DNA of 27,570 nt from an uncultured Oscillospiraceae bacterium. Its GTDB lineage: Bacteria > Bacillota > Clostridia > Oscillospirales > Acutalibacteraceae. The notes below the pieces were generated by a model. That model worked only from the letters and a program-made list of their open reading frames with translations. It was not told the origin of the DNA and did no database searches. Positions 1-10,120 of this stretch are shown here, one piece after another (the stretch's first letter is position 1; each line of letters begins with the position of its first letter). The stretch covers positions 1-27,570 of the forward strand of contig URRG01000001.1 of NCBI GenBank assembly GCA_900550095.1, written 5' to 3'. The position numbers were made by a program, and so were the translations under genes.

Positions 1-900
<900 letters not shown>

Positions 901-1029
901 GGGCGCTGGGAGATCCCGCAGGCTTCGGTGAAAACGGCGGCAGCAGCGGCAGCGTCGGAAACACCGCCTTCTTACACTTTGCAGAAAGGGACTGTTTCCC
1001 TCTGGGAAGCGGGTTGGGAATATGAGCGT

Positions 1030-1626
1030 ATGAGCGGCATTGACAAAATTTTACAGGAAATAGAACAGGAGGGCCGCACCGCGGCGGACAGGATCGCCCG
1101 GGAAGCCGAGGAAAAGATAGGCGCTCTCCGGAAGGAGGCTCTCGAAAAGGCGGAGGCCCGGTGCGCGGAGATACGGGCCCAGGGCGCGAGGGAGAGCCGG
1201 GAAATCCTGGAGCGGGGGGCGTCCGGCGCGGGGCTCCTTTCCCGCCGGATGCTTCTGGAGGCAAAGCAGGAGATTCTTGCGGAGATCCTTCAAAAGGCCA
1301 GGGAGAGCGTCTGCCGGATGGAAGGGGAAGAATACTTCGCCCTTCTGCGGCGCATTGCGGCGAAAAACGCCCTGCCCCGGCCGGGGGAGCTTTTGCTTTC
1401 CCCCGAGGACAGGGAGAGGCTTCCCGATGGGTTTGAGAAGGAGCTTGCCGGTCTTTTGCCCGAGGGCGGGAGCCTGAAGGTTTCCTCTGAAACCAGGGAT
1501 ATCCGCGGCGGATGCGTCCTTCTTTACGGCGGCGTGGAGGAAAACTGCTCCATCGAGGCCCTTTTCAGCGCAGGCAGGGACGAAATGGCCGACCTGGCCC
1601 GTTCCATCCTGTTCCGGGAGGAGTGA
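1030..1626 (+). CDS. ntpE: V-type ATPase subunit E
   Basis: MSGIDKILQEIE N-terminus, charged helical stalk, C-terminal IRGGCVL...NCSIEAL; operon position. Start moved from ORF-track 928 to 1030. Confidence 0.88.
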   Translation: MSGIDKILQEIEQEGRTAADRIAREAEEKIGALRKEALEKAEARCAEIRAQGARESREILERGASGAGLLSRRMLLEAKQEILAEILQKARESVCRMEGEEYFALLRRIAAKNALPRPGELLLSPEDRERLPDGFEKELAGLLPEGGSLKVSSETRDIRGGCVLLYGGVEENCSIEALFSAGRDEMADLARSILFREE

Positions 1627-1630
1627 GCCC

Positions 1631-2632
1631 ATGAGTATGGCGGAAAAGCAATACGCCTATGGGGTGGCCCGAATCCGCTCCAGGGAGCTGGGGCTTCTCA
1701 CAGGGGCGTTTATAGAGCAGCTTCTGGCCGCGAAGGACGAGGGCGAATGCCTGCGCCTTCTGGCGGAAAAGGGATGGTCCGCAGGGCCTTCTCCCCGGGA
1801 AGGAAGGGAAGGGGCCGAAGGGGGCGCGGAAGATGTTCTGGCGGCGGAACGGGAAAAGACCTGGGCCCTGATGCGGGAGCTTGTGGAGGATATGGGCGTG
1901 TTCCAGGTGCTCCTCTATGAGACGGATTACCATAATCTGAAGGCGGCTGTAAAGGCCTCCGTCATGGGGGCAAAGCCGGATAGGCTGATGCTGGAGGGAG
2001 GCTCCGTGCCCCCGGCGGAGATATGGAGAGCCGTGTCGGAGCAAAAGTGGGAGGAGCTCCCCGAGGGGATGCGGGAGCCGGCAAAGAGGGCGTTTTCCGC
2101 CCTTCTGCACACCCGGGACGGCCAGCTCTGCGACGTGATACTGGATAAGGCGGCCCTTATCGCCATAGGAGAGGCCGCCGCAAAAGCGGAGAGCGGGCTC
2201 CTGCGGGAGTATGGGGAGGAAAAGGTCGCGGCGGCGGATATCCGCATAGCGGCCCGATGCGCCAAAACGAAGAAACCCCTGGAGTTTATCCGGGAGACGC
2301 TGGCCCCCTGTGCCTCCCTGGATTGGGAAGCTCTGGCGGCTTCAGCGGCAAGGGGAGAGAGGGAGCTTCTTGCATATCTTTCCAGCACTTCGTGGGCCGG
2401 AGCGGCAGAGGCGCTTTCCAACTCCTTTTCGGCTTTTGAGAAATGGTGCGACGACCGGCTGATGGAGAAGATCCGGCCGCAGAAGTATAATCCGTTTACG
2501 GTTTCGCCCCTGGCGGCCTATGTGCTGGCCAGGGAGAATGAGATCCGGATGGTCCGGATGATCCTTTCCGGCAAGCGCAACAGCTTGCCAGAAGATTCCA
2601 TCCGGGAAAGGGTGCGGGAGATGTATGTATAA
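1631..2632 (+). CDS. ntpC: V-type ATPase subunit C
   Basis: YAYGVARIRSRE, DYHNLK, ENEIRMVRMILSGK...RERVREMYV; SD GGAGGAG upstream; start could also be 1637. Confidence 0.9.
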   Translation: MSMAEKQYAYGVARIRSRELGLLTGAFIEQLLAAKDEGECLRLLAEKGWSAGPSPREGREGAEGGAEDVLAAEREKTWALMRELVEDMGVFQVLLYETDYHNLKAAVKASVMGAKPDRLMLEGGSVPPAEIWRAVSEQKWEELPEGMREPAKRAFSALLHTRDGQLCDVILDKAALIAIGEAAAKAESGLLREYGEEKVAAADIRIAARCAKTKKPLEFIRETLAPCASLDWEALAASAARGERELLAYLSSTSWAGAAEALSNSFSAFEKWCDDRLMEKIRPQKYNPFTVSPLAAYVLARENEIRMVRMILSGKRNSLPEDSIRERVREMYV

Positions 2633-2987
2633 AATCGCGGTTTTAGGCGACAGGGACAGCATATACGGCTTCGCGGCCCTGGGGCTTTCCGTATTCCCCG
2701 CAGAAGACGGGGCTCAGGGGGCGCGGCTGTTCCGCCGTCTCTCCGAGCAGGAGGGGGAAGAGCGGTATGCGGTGATCTATATCACCGAGGCCCTGGCGGC
2801 GGAGCTTTCGGAGGAAATCGAAAAATGCCGCAGCCGCAGGTTCCCGGCGGTGATTCTCATCCCCGGCGTTTCGGGGAACACAGGGGACGGTATGCGGGCC
2901 GTGAGGAAAAGTGTGGAGCAGGCCGTGGGCTCCGATATCCTTTTCGGCGGGGAGGAGCAGGGGCAGGCCCCCGCGGCGGGCCGCTGA
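2625..2987 (+). CDS. ntpG: V-type ATPase subunit F (NtpG in Enterococcus hirae naming)
   Basis: MYKIAVLGDRDSIYGF, PAVILIP, VEQAVGSDI; overlaps the ntpC stop. Confidence 0.92.
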   Translation: MYKIAVLGDRDSIYGFAALGLSVFPAEDGAQGARLFRRLSEQEGEERYAVIYITEALAAELSEEIEKCRSRRFPAVILIPGVSGNTGDGMRAVRKSVEQAVGSDILFGGEEQGQAPAAGR

Positions 2988-3054
2988 TGTGATGATGTGC
3001 TGAAGCGCTGAGCCGCTGAGCCGTTAAAACGCCCAAACATCCAAACATCGGAAC
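2983..3054. repeat. Degenerate tandem array of nine 8-bp units
   Basis: gctgatgt gatgatgt gctgaagc gctgagcc gctgagcc gttaaaac gcccaaac atccaaac atcggaac. Confidence 0.75.
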
Positions 3055-3322
3055 GGCGTCGCGGGCGGTTTACCAGGCAAAACGCCTTTCCGTTCCCCTT
3101 GCGGCCGGAGAAAAGGCGCGCAGCGCGCGCCGGCGTATCTGAATGCCGGACGTTCGGGCTCCCCCGGAGGCCCCGGGGAAACAAGGGATACGGGGATGGA
3201 AAGAGGGCGGCCTCGGGGCCGCCGCAGAACCGTTTCGGATCCGCGCCCGGCGGGGATCGGGCGGGACGCCCGAAGATCGAATATTGGCCTCCTTCGGGAC
3301 GGCAGAAAGGTATGGGCTAGAT

Positions 3323-5101
3323 ATGAGCAGAGGAACCATCAAAAAGGTAGCCGGCCCTCTGGTGATCGCCGAAGGGATGCGGGACGCCAGCATGTTCGAC
3401 GTGGTGCGCGTCAGCGGGCAGAGGCTGATCGGGGAGGTCATCGAGATCCACGGGGACGAGGCCTCCATACAGGTATATGAGGAGACCAGCGGCCTCGGGC
3501 CTGGGGAGCCGGTGGAGAGCACGGGAGCTCCCCTTTCCGTGGAGCTGGGCCCCGGCCTGATCGGCAGCATATTCGACGGGATCCAGAGGCCTTTGGAGGA
3601 GATCCTGAAGGTCTCCGGCAACAATCTGAAGCGGGGCGTGGAGGTCCCTTCTCTGAACAGGGACCGGAAATGGAGATTCGTGCCTTCGGTCTCCCCCGGG
3701 GACCGGGTGACGGGCGGGGATGTCCTGGGAACGGTGCAGGAGACGCCTGTGGTGTCCCATAAAATCCTGGTGCCTCCCGGCCTGCGGGGAAAGATTCTCC
3801 GCATAGAGGAGGGGGAATATACCCTGGAGGAGCCTGCGGCCCTTCTGCGGGGGGAGAACGGAGAGGAGCTGTCTCTGACGCTGCTGCAGAAATGGCCCGT
3901 CCGCCGGGGGAGGCCTTATAAAAAGAAGCTTCCGCCCGATATGCCCCTGGTAACGGGGCAGCGGGTGATCGACGCCCTGTTCCCCATCGCCAAAGGGGGC
4001 GTGGCGGCTGTGCCGGGCCCCTTCGGCAGCGGCAAGACCGTGGTGCAGCACCAGCTTGCCAAATGGGCCGAGGCGGACATCGTGGTCTATATCGGCTGCG
4101 GGGAGCGGGGCAACGAGATGACGGACGTGCTCAACGAGTTCCCGGAGCTGAAGGACCCGAAAACAGGCCATTCCCTTATGGAGAGGACGGTGCTGATCGC
4201 CAACACCTCCGATATGCCTGTGGCCGCCCGGGAAGCCTCCATTTACACGGGCATCACCATAGCGGAATATTTCCGGGATATGGGCTATTCGGTGGCTCTC
4301 ATGGCGGATTCCACCTCCCGGTGGGCGGAGGCGCTCAGGGAAATGTCCGGCAGGCTGGAGGAAATGCCAGGCGAGGAGGGATACCCCGCCTATCTGGGGA
4401 GCCGCCTGGCCCAGTTCTATGAGCGGGCGGGCCGGGTGGAGACGCTGGGGACCGGATCCAGGGAAGGGGCTCTTTCGGTGATCGGGGCTGTATCCCCGCC
4501 GGGCGGCGACATATCGGAGCCTGTTTCTCAGGCAACCCTGCGGATCGTGAAGGTCTTCTGGAGCCTTGACTCCTCTTTGGCGTATAAGCGGCATTTTCCG
4601 GCAGTGAACTGGCTCACCAGCTATTCCCTCTATGTGGACGCCATGGAAAAATGGTTCAACCGCCGGGTGGATCCCCGGTGGATGGAGATGCGCCAGCGGC
4701 TTATGGGCCTTCTGCAGGAGGAGGCGGAGCTGGAGGAGATCGTGAAGCTGGTGGGCATGGACGCCCTTTCGGCCCCCGACAGGCTGAAGCTGGAGGCGGC
4801 CCGGTCTATCCGGGAAGATTTTCTCCATCAGGATGCTTTCCACGAGGTAGACACCTATACGCCTTTGGAAAAGCAGTTCGCCATGATGGAGCTGGTGATG
4901 GAATATTACGACGAATGTGTGAAGGCTCTGGAAAAGGGCGCTTCTGTGGAAGATTTGGCTGCGCTTCCTGTGAGGGAGCAGATCGGCCGCTTTAAATATG
5001 TGCAGGCGGAGGATGCCGGGGAGGCGGAGAAAGCCGCCCAGGGGATCCGCCGGGAGCTGAGCTCTGAGATCGGCGCGCTCCTTGAGAAGGAGGAATACTG
5101 A
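3323..5101 (+). CDS. ntpA: V-type ATPase catalytic subunit A, 592 aa
   Basis: GAAAGG upstream of ATG 3323 ([14 protein letters not shown]); Walker [36 protein letters not shown]. Confidence 0.97.
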   Translation: MSRGTIKKVAGPLVIAEGMRDASMFDVVRVSGQRLIGEVIEIHGDEASIQVYEETSGLGPGEPVESTGAPLSVELGPGLIGSIFDGIQRPLEEILKVSGNNLKRGVEVPSLNRDRKWRFVPSVSPGDRVTGGDVLGTVQETPVVSHKILVPPGLRGKILRIEEGEYTLEEPAALLRGENGEELSLTLLQKWPVRRGRPYKKKLPPDMPLVTGQRVIDALFPIAKGGVAAVPGPFGSGKTVVQHQLAKWAEADIVVYIGCGERGNEMTDVLNEFPELKDPKTGHSLMERTVLIANTSDMPVAAREASIYTGITIAEYFRDMGYSVALMADSTSRWAEALREMSGRLEEMPGEEGYPAYLGSRLAQFYERAGRVETLGTGSREGALSVIGAVSPPGGDISEPVSQATLRIVKVFWSLDSSLAYKRHFPAVNWLTSYSLYVDAMEKWFNRRVDPRWMEMRQRLMGLLQEEAELEEIVKLVGMDALSAPDRLKLEAARSIREDFLHQDAFHEVDTYTPLEKQFAMMELVMEYYDECVKALEKGASVEDLAALPVREQIGRFKYVQAEDAGEAEKAAQGIRRELSSEIGALLEKEEY

Positions 5102-6501
5102 TGCCCAAGGAATACAGAACTATTGAGGAGGTAGCGGGTCCTCTGATGCTGGTGCGCGGTGTGGAAGGCGTGACGTATAACGAACTGGGAGAAATAGAAC
5201 TCTTCAGCGGCGAAAAACGCCGCTGCAAGGTGCTGGAAATCAATGGTACAGACGCCTTGGTGCAGCTTTTTGAGAGCTCCACCGGCATCAATCTGAGCAA
5301 CAGCAAGGTGCGGTTTTTGGGCCGGAGCATGGAGCTGGGCGTTTCAGAGGATATGCTCAGCCGGGTGTTCGATGGACTGGGCCGTCCCATAGACGGGGGC
5401 CCTGAGATCCTGCCGGAAAAGCGGATGGATATCAACGGCCTCCCCATCAATCCCGCGGCCCGGAATTACCCCCAGGAGTTCATCCAGACGGGAATTTCGG
5501 CCATAGACGGCCTCAACACCCTGGTAAGAGGCCAGAAGCTGCCGATTTTCTCGGCCAGCGGCCTTCCTCACGCCAATCTGGCGGCCCAGATCGCCCGGCA
5601 GGCCAAGGTCCGGGGCACGGATGAACCCTTTGCAGTGGTGTTCGCCGCCATGGGCATCACCTTTGAGGAATCGAACTTTTTTATTGAGAGCTTCCGGGAG
5701 ACGGGGGCCATCGACAGGGCGGTGCTGTTCATCAACCTGGCCAACGATCCGGCCGTGGAGAGGATCGCCACCCCCCGCATGGCGCTGACGGCCGCCGAAT
5801 ATCTGGCCTTTGAAAAGAATATGCACGTGCTGGTGATCCTGACGGATATCACCAACTACGCCGATGCCCTGCGGGAGGTTTCCGCCGCCAGAAAGGAAGT
5901 CCCCGGAAGGAGGGGCTACCCGGGCTATATGTATACGGACTTGGCCTCCCTCTATGAGAGGGCAGGGCGGCAGAAGGGGAAAACGGGCAGCATCACCATG
6001 ATCCCCATTTTGACGATGCCCGAGGACGACAAGACCCATCCTATCCCCGACCTGACGGGCTACATCACAGAGGGGCAGATCATCCTGAGCCGGGAACTGT
6101 ATCGCAAAGGCGTTACGCCGCCCATCGATGTGCTTCCCTCCCTTTCACGTCTGAAGGATAAGGGCATAGGCGAAGGGAAAACAAGGGCGGATCACGCCAA
6201 CACCATGAACCAGCTTTTCAGCGCCTATGCCAGAGGCAAGGATGCAAAGGAGCTGATGGTGGTTCTGGGAGAGGCGGCCCTGACGGATATGGATAAGCTC
6301 TATGCGGAATTCGCGGACGCCTTTGAGAGGGAATACGTCTCCCAGGGCTACGCGGCCAACCGGGATATTGAGGAGACCTTGGATTTGGGGTGGGAGCTTC
6401 TCTCCATCCTGCCCCGTTCGGAGCTGAAGCGTATCAATGACGAATTCCTGGAGCGGTATTACGGCGAAGCCCGGCGGGCGCGGGAGGCCCGGAACCCGTG
6501 A
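5101..6501 (+). CDS. ntpB: V-type ATPase subunit B
   Basis: TGATG overlap with ntp[45 protein letters not shown]. Confidence 0.97.
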   Translation: MPKEYRTIEEVAGPLMLVRGVEGVTYNELGEIELFSGEKRRCKVLEINGTDALVQLFESSTGINLSNSKVRFLGRSMELGVSEDMLSRVFDGLGRPIDGGPEILPEKRMDINGLPINPAARNYPQEFIQTGISAIDGLNTLVRGQKLPIFSASGLPHANLAAQIARQAKVRGTDEPFAVVFAAMGITFEESNFFIESFRETGAIDRAVLFINLANDPAVERIATPRMALTAAEYLAFEKNMHVLVILTDITNYADALREVSAARKEVPGRRGYPGYMYTDLASLYERAGRQKGKTGSITMIPILTMPEDDKTHPIPDLTGYITEGQIILSRELYRKGVTPPIDVLPSLSRLKDKGIGEGKTRADHANTMNQLFSAYARGKDAKELMVVLGEAALTDMDKLYAEFADAFEREYVSQGYAANRDIEETLDLGWELLSILPRSELKRINDEFLERYYGEARRAREARNP

Positions 6502-6565
6502 AGCGGGCCGCGGCTCCTGTGCGCCCGGCATCCGGCGGAGCATCTCGTGAGAAAGGGGGCGGCCT

Positions 6566-7222
6566 ATGGCTTCTGCGCATGTGAACCCGACCAGGATGGA
6601 ACTGACCAGATTGAAAAAGAAGCTGGTCACCGCCGTAAGGGGGCATAAGCTCCTGAAGGATAAACGGGATGAGCTGATGCGCCGGTTTTTGGAAATGGTC
6701 CGGGAAAATAAGTCCCTCCGGGAGGAAGTGGAAAGGGGCATCGAGGCCGCCAACACAAATTTCCTCTTGGCCAGGGCCTTCACGCCCGGGGCCGTTCTGG
6801 ACGTGGCCCTGATGGCCCCGAAACAGGAGATTGCCCTGGAAGCGGGGGTAAAAAACGTGATGAGCGTAGAGATCCCCGTTCTGAAGGCGAAACCTCGCAC
6901 GGCGGATCCCAACGATATCTATTCCTACGGCTTTGCGTTTACCTCCGGGGATTTGGACGGGGCGGTGAAATCCCTTTCGGACATATTCCCCCAGATGCTG
7001 CGGCTGGCGGAGGTGGAAAAATCCTGCCAGCTTATGGCGGCGGAGATCGAAAAGACCCGGCGCAGGGTGAACGCCCTGGAGCATGTGATGATCCCGGAGC
7101 TGCGGGAAAACATCCGCTATATCTCCATGAAGCTGGATGAAAACGAGCGCAGCACCCAGATACGCCTGATGAAGGTCAAGGATATGATGCTGGAAGAGGC
7201 GCACCATTACAGCCAAAAGTAA
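6566..7222 (+). CDS. ntpD: V-type ATPase subunit D
   Basis: VNPTRMEL, RGHKLLKDKRD, EIEKTRRRVNALE, LDENER. Confidence 0.96.
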   Translation: MASAHVNPTRMELTRLKKKLVTAVRGHKLLKDKRDELMRRFLEMVRENKSLREEVERGIEAANTNFLLARAFTPGAVLDVALMAPKQEIALEAGVKNVMSVEIPVLKAKPRTADPNDIYSYGFAFTSGDLDGAVKSLSDIFPQMLRLAEVEKSCQLMAAEIEKTRRRVNALEHVMIPELRENIRYISMKLDENERSTQIRLMKVKDMMLEEAHHYSQK

Positions 7223-7241
7223 AGAGAAAGGGAGAAAGGAG

Positions 7242-7274
7242 AAAAGCGGAGGCCCCAGGGCTTCCGCCTTTTTT
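7242..7274 (+). terminator. Intrinsic terminator of the V-ATPase operon
   Basis: Stem GCGGAGGCC (7246-7254) / GGCTTCCGC (7259-7267), 4-nt loop, T6 at 7269-7274. Confidence 0.8.
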
Positions 7275-7305
7275 CGGCTTCCTGGGCCGTCTTTCGGGAT
7301 ACCGG

Positions 7306-7334
7306 TTGAAATGCGCACGGGCTGCAGATATAAT
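7306..7334 (+). promoter_or_regulatory. Sigma70/SigA promoter for the alpha-galactosidase
   Basis: TTGAAA (7306-7311), 17 bp, TATAAT (7329-7334), just after the terminator. Confidence 0.75.
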
Positions 7335-7435
7335 GGAATAAGATACGGAGGCGGGGTCGCAGCGAAGACGCAGGGGCTCAAAACGCGGAGCGCACCGCCG
7401 GGCGGAAGAAAAGGAAAAAGGAGAGGGAAGTTTCT

Positions 7436-9691
7436 ATGGCCATTTATGTGGAAAAGAACGCCGGGGGAGAGACCCTTTTTACATTGGAAACGAAGGCGTC
7501 CACCTATCAGATGAAGGCGGATACATACGGATATCTTTTGCATTTGTATTACGGGGACCGCATAGGCCGGGAGGATACGGGCTATCTGCTTCACCGGGAG
7601 GATAGGGGCTTCTGCGCCTGCCCCAATGATTTGGAAAGGGACAGGACTTATTCCCTGGACTGCCAGCCCCAGGAATACCCTGCGGCGGGAGCGGGGGACT
7701 TCCGCGCGCCCTGCATCGCGGCGGAATTTGAAAACGGCGGAAAAACCCTGGATTTGCGCTGCGCTTCCCACAGGATGCTGGAAAAAAAGCCGGGCCTTCC
7801 CGGGCTTCCGGCTCTCTATGAAACAAAGGAGAACGAGGCGGAGACCCTGGAAATCTGCCTGAAGGACAGCGCGGAGGAGCTTTACGTCTACCTGCTGTAT
7901 TCCGTGTTTGAGAAGGAGGACGCTATCGCCCGCTCCTGCCGGGTGGAAAACCGGACGGGGAAACGGGTGTTTTTGAACGCAGCGCTTTCCGCTTGCATGG
8001 ATATAAACGGCGACGAGGAGCTGGATCTCATCAGCTTCTGGGGCCGCCACTGCATGGAGCGGAATGTGGAGCGCCGGCCTGTTTCCCACGGAAAAACGGT
8101 GATCGACAGCATCCGGGGAACCTCCAGCGCTCAGCAGAACCCCTTCGTGATCCTCTGCGATCACGACGCCACGGAGGATTTTGGCCGCTGCTGGGGCCTT
8201 TCCCTCGTCTACAGCGGGAATTTTGCCGCCGTGGCGGAGAAAAACCAGCTGAGCCTGACACGGCTCACCATGGGATTGAACCCGGAAAACTTCCGGTGGA
8301 GACTTTTGGATGGGGAGAGCTTCCAGGCGCCGGAGGCGGTCTTCTGCTACAGCCCGGCGGGGCTCACTGCCCTTTCTCAGAAATATCACCGGCTTTACAG
8401 GGAAAATCTCTGCCGCGGCTATTGGAAGGACCGCCGCAGGCCGGTGCTCATCAACAACTGGGAAGCCACCTATTTCCATTTTGACACGGAAAAGCTTGTG
8501 AAGATCGCGGAGACGGCCGGCAAGCTGGGAGTGGAGCTCCTGGTGATGGACGACGGCTGGTTCGGCAAGCGGGACGACGATTGGTCCGGCCTGGGGGATT
8601 GGAAGGTAAACGAGAAGAAGCTCCCCGGCGGCATGAAGGCCCTCTGCGAGAGAGTGAACGCCCTGGGCATGAAGCTGGGCGTGTGGTTTGAGCCGGAGAT
8701 GGTCAGCGAGGACAGCGATCTCTGCCGCGCCCACCCGGATTGGTTCCTCCATGTGCCGGGAAGAGGCTACAGCCGCAGCCGGTATCAGTTGGTGCTGGAT
8801 TTCTCCCGGAAAGAGGTGCGGGACAATATCCACGACCAGATGGCGGCGGTGCTTTCCTCCGCGAATATCGAATATGTGAAATGGGATATGAACCGCCACC
8901 TGACGGAGGTCTGGAGCGCGGGCCTGCCGCCGGAGAGGCAGGGCGAGGTCCATCACCGGTACATGCTGGGGGTCTATGAGCTCATGGAGAGGCTTACCAG
9001 CGAGTTCCCCCATGTGCTCTTCGAGGGCTGTTCCAGCGGCGGCGGGCGCTTTGACGCGGGGATGCTGTATTACATGCCCCAGAGCTGGTGCAGCGACAAT
9101 ACCGACGCCATTGAGCGGCTGGAGATCCAGTACGGCACCTCCTTCGGCTACCCCATGAGCTCCGTGGGGGCCCATGTCTCCGCCTCCCCCAACCACCAGA
9201 CGGGCCGGACCGCGCCCTTCTACACAAGGGGCGTGGTGGCCATGGCGGGCACCTTCGGCTATGAATTGGATCTCAATGCCCTGACGGATGAGGAACGGGA
9301 TATGGTCCGGGAGCAGGTGGCCTTTTACAAAAAGAATTACGACACCATCAACCGGGGCGAGTATTACCGGCTGACGGATCCGGCGAAAAACCGGGAATTC
9401 TGCGCCTGGGAGTATGTTTCCCGGGATAAAAAGAAAGCCCTGCTGTTTGGAGTCGTCACCCATGTGCGCTGCAATGTGGCTATGCCGGTCATCCGCCTGA
9501 AGGGCCTCGATCCGGCGGCGACATACAGGCTCTCCTGCAGGGCGGAGGGCCGCGGACGGGCGGCACAGGCCGCCGCGGCTGTGGAGGGCGTTTACAGCGG
9601 AAGCCTCCTGATGGGAGCCGGACTGCGACTCCCCAGCCTGCGGGGAGACTGGCCCTCCTTCTGCGCAGAGCTGGAGGAAGGAGCCCGGTAA
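7436..9691 (+). CDS. Alpha-galactosidase, glycoside hydrolase family 36, 751 aa
   Basis: NNWEATYF, MDDGWFG, WFEPEMV, YVKWDMNR (nucleophile Asp), CSSGGGRFD, WCSDNTD (acid/base Asp); no signal peptide. Confidence 0.95.
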   Translation: MAIYVEKNAGGETLFTLETKASTYQMKADTYGYLLHLYYGDRIGREDTGYLLHREDRGFCACPNDLERDRTYSLDCQPQEYPAAGAGDFRAPCIAAEFENGGKTLDLRCASHRMLEKKPGLPGLPALYETKENEAETLEICLKDSAEELYVYLLYSVFEKEDAIARSCRVENRTGKRVFLNAALSACMDINGDEELDLISFWGRHCMERNVERRPVSHGKTVIDSIRGTSSAQQNPFVILCDHDATEDFGRCWGLSLVYSGNFAAVAEKNQLSLTRLTMGLNPENFRWRLLDGESFQAPEAVFCYSPAGLTALSQKYHRLYRENLCRGYWKDRRRPVLINNWEATYFHFDTEKLVKIAETAGKLGVELLVMDDGWFGKRDDDWSGLGDWKVNEKKLPGGMKALCERVNALGMKLGVWFEPEMVSEDSDLCRAHPDWFLHVPGRGYSRSRYQLVLDFSRKEVRDNIHDQMAAVLSSANIEYVKWDMNRHLTEVWSAGLPPERQGEVHHRYMLGVYELMERLTSEFPHVLFEGCSSGGGRFDAGMLYYMPQSWCSDNTDAIERLEIQYGTSFGYPMSSVGAHVSASPNHQTGRTAPFYTRGVVAMAGTFGYELDLNALTDEERDMVREQVAFYKKNYDTINRGEYYRLTDPAKNREFCAWEYVSRDKKKALLFGVVTHVRCNVAMPVIRLKGLDPAATYRLSCRAEGRGRAAQAAAAVEGVYSGSLLMGAGLRLPSLRGDWPSFCAELEEGAR

Positions 9692-9731
9692 AGATCCTTG
9701 GCAGGCACAGGCTCGGAAAGGGCCTTTCGGA

Positions 9732-9802
9732 GCGCAGGAACGCAAAAGTACAAGGGCATTAGGTATGCGGGCATAAGAGCATAAAAACATAAGAGCGCGG
9801 GG
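9732..9802. repeat. Degenerate ~8-bp tandem array
   Basis: gcgcagga acgcaaaa gtacaagg gcattag gtatgcgg gcataaga gcataaaa acataaga gcgcgggg. Confidence 0.55.
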
Positions 9803-9890
9803 GGGGGCTGCAGGGGCTGTAAGAGCGGCCCCGGGCCCGTCCGGGAAGCGGGCGTAAGCAGAGCGGGAGAAACAGGCCGGATGGAGGCGG

Positions 9891-9937
9891 GACCGCAGAA
9901 CCGCGGACCTGCAGACCTGCAGACATGCAGGCTGCAG
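9891..9937. repeat. Degenerate 8-bp tandem array
   Basis: gaccgcag aaccgcgg acctgcag acctgcag acatgcag gctgcag. Confidence 0.7.
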
Positions 9938-10120
9938 CCGCCTGCCGTAAGGGTACGGCGGGTAGGATCCCCCCGGCATAGAGGCGTGCCTGCCGCTGGG
10001 AGCGCGGGGGGACGTCCCCGGCCTGATATGCCGGCAGGCAAAGAGACGCAGTGCGGATAGAAAAGGTATGCTGCCGCGGATATGCGGAAGCAGAAAGAGA
10101 AGAAAAGGGAGGCTGCCATC

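Noticed and set aside
2983..3054. Possible CRISPR array (also 9732-9937)
   Set aside because: Units are 8 bp with no repeat-spacer alternation and no cas genes.
3143..3322. 60-aa N-terminal extension of subunit A; possible intein in ntpA
   Set aside because: SD and family N-terminus fit ATG 3323. The length is normal and the Walker A region is uninterrupted, so there is no intein.
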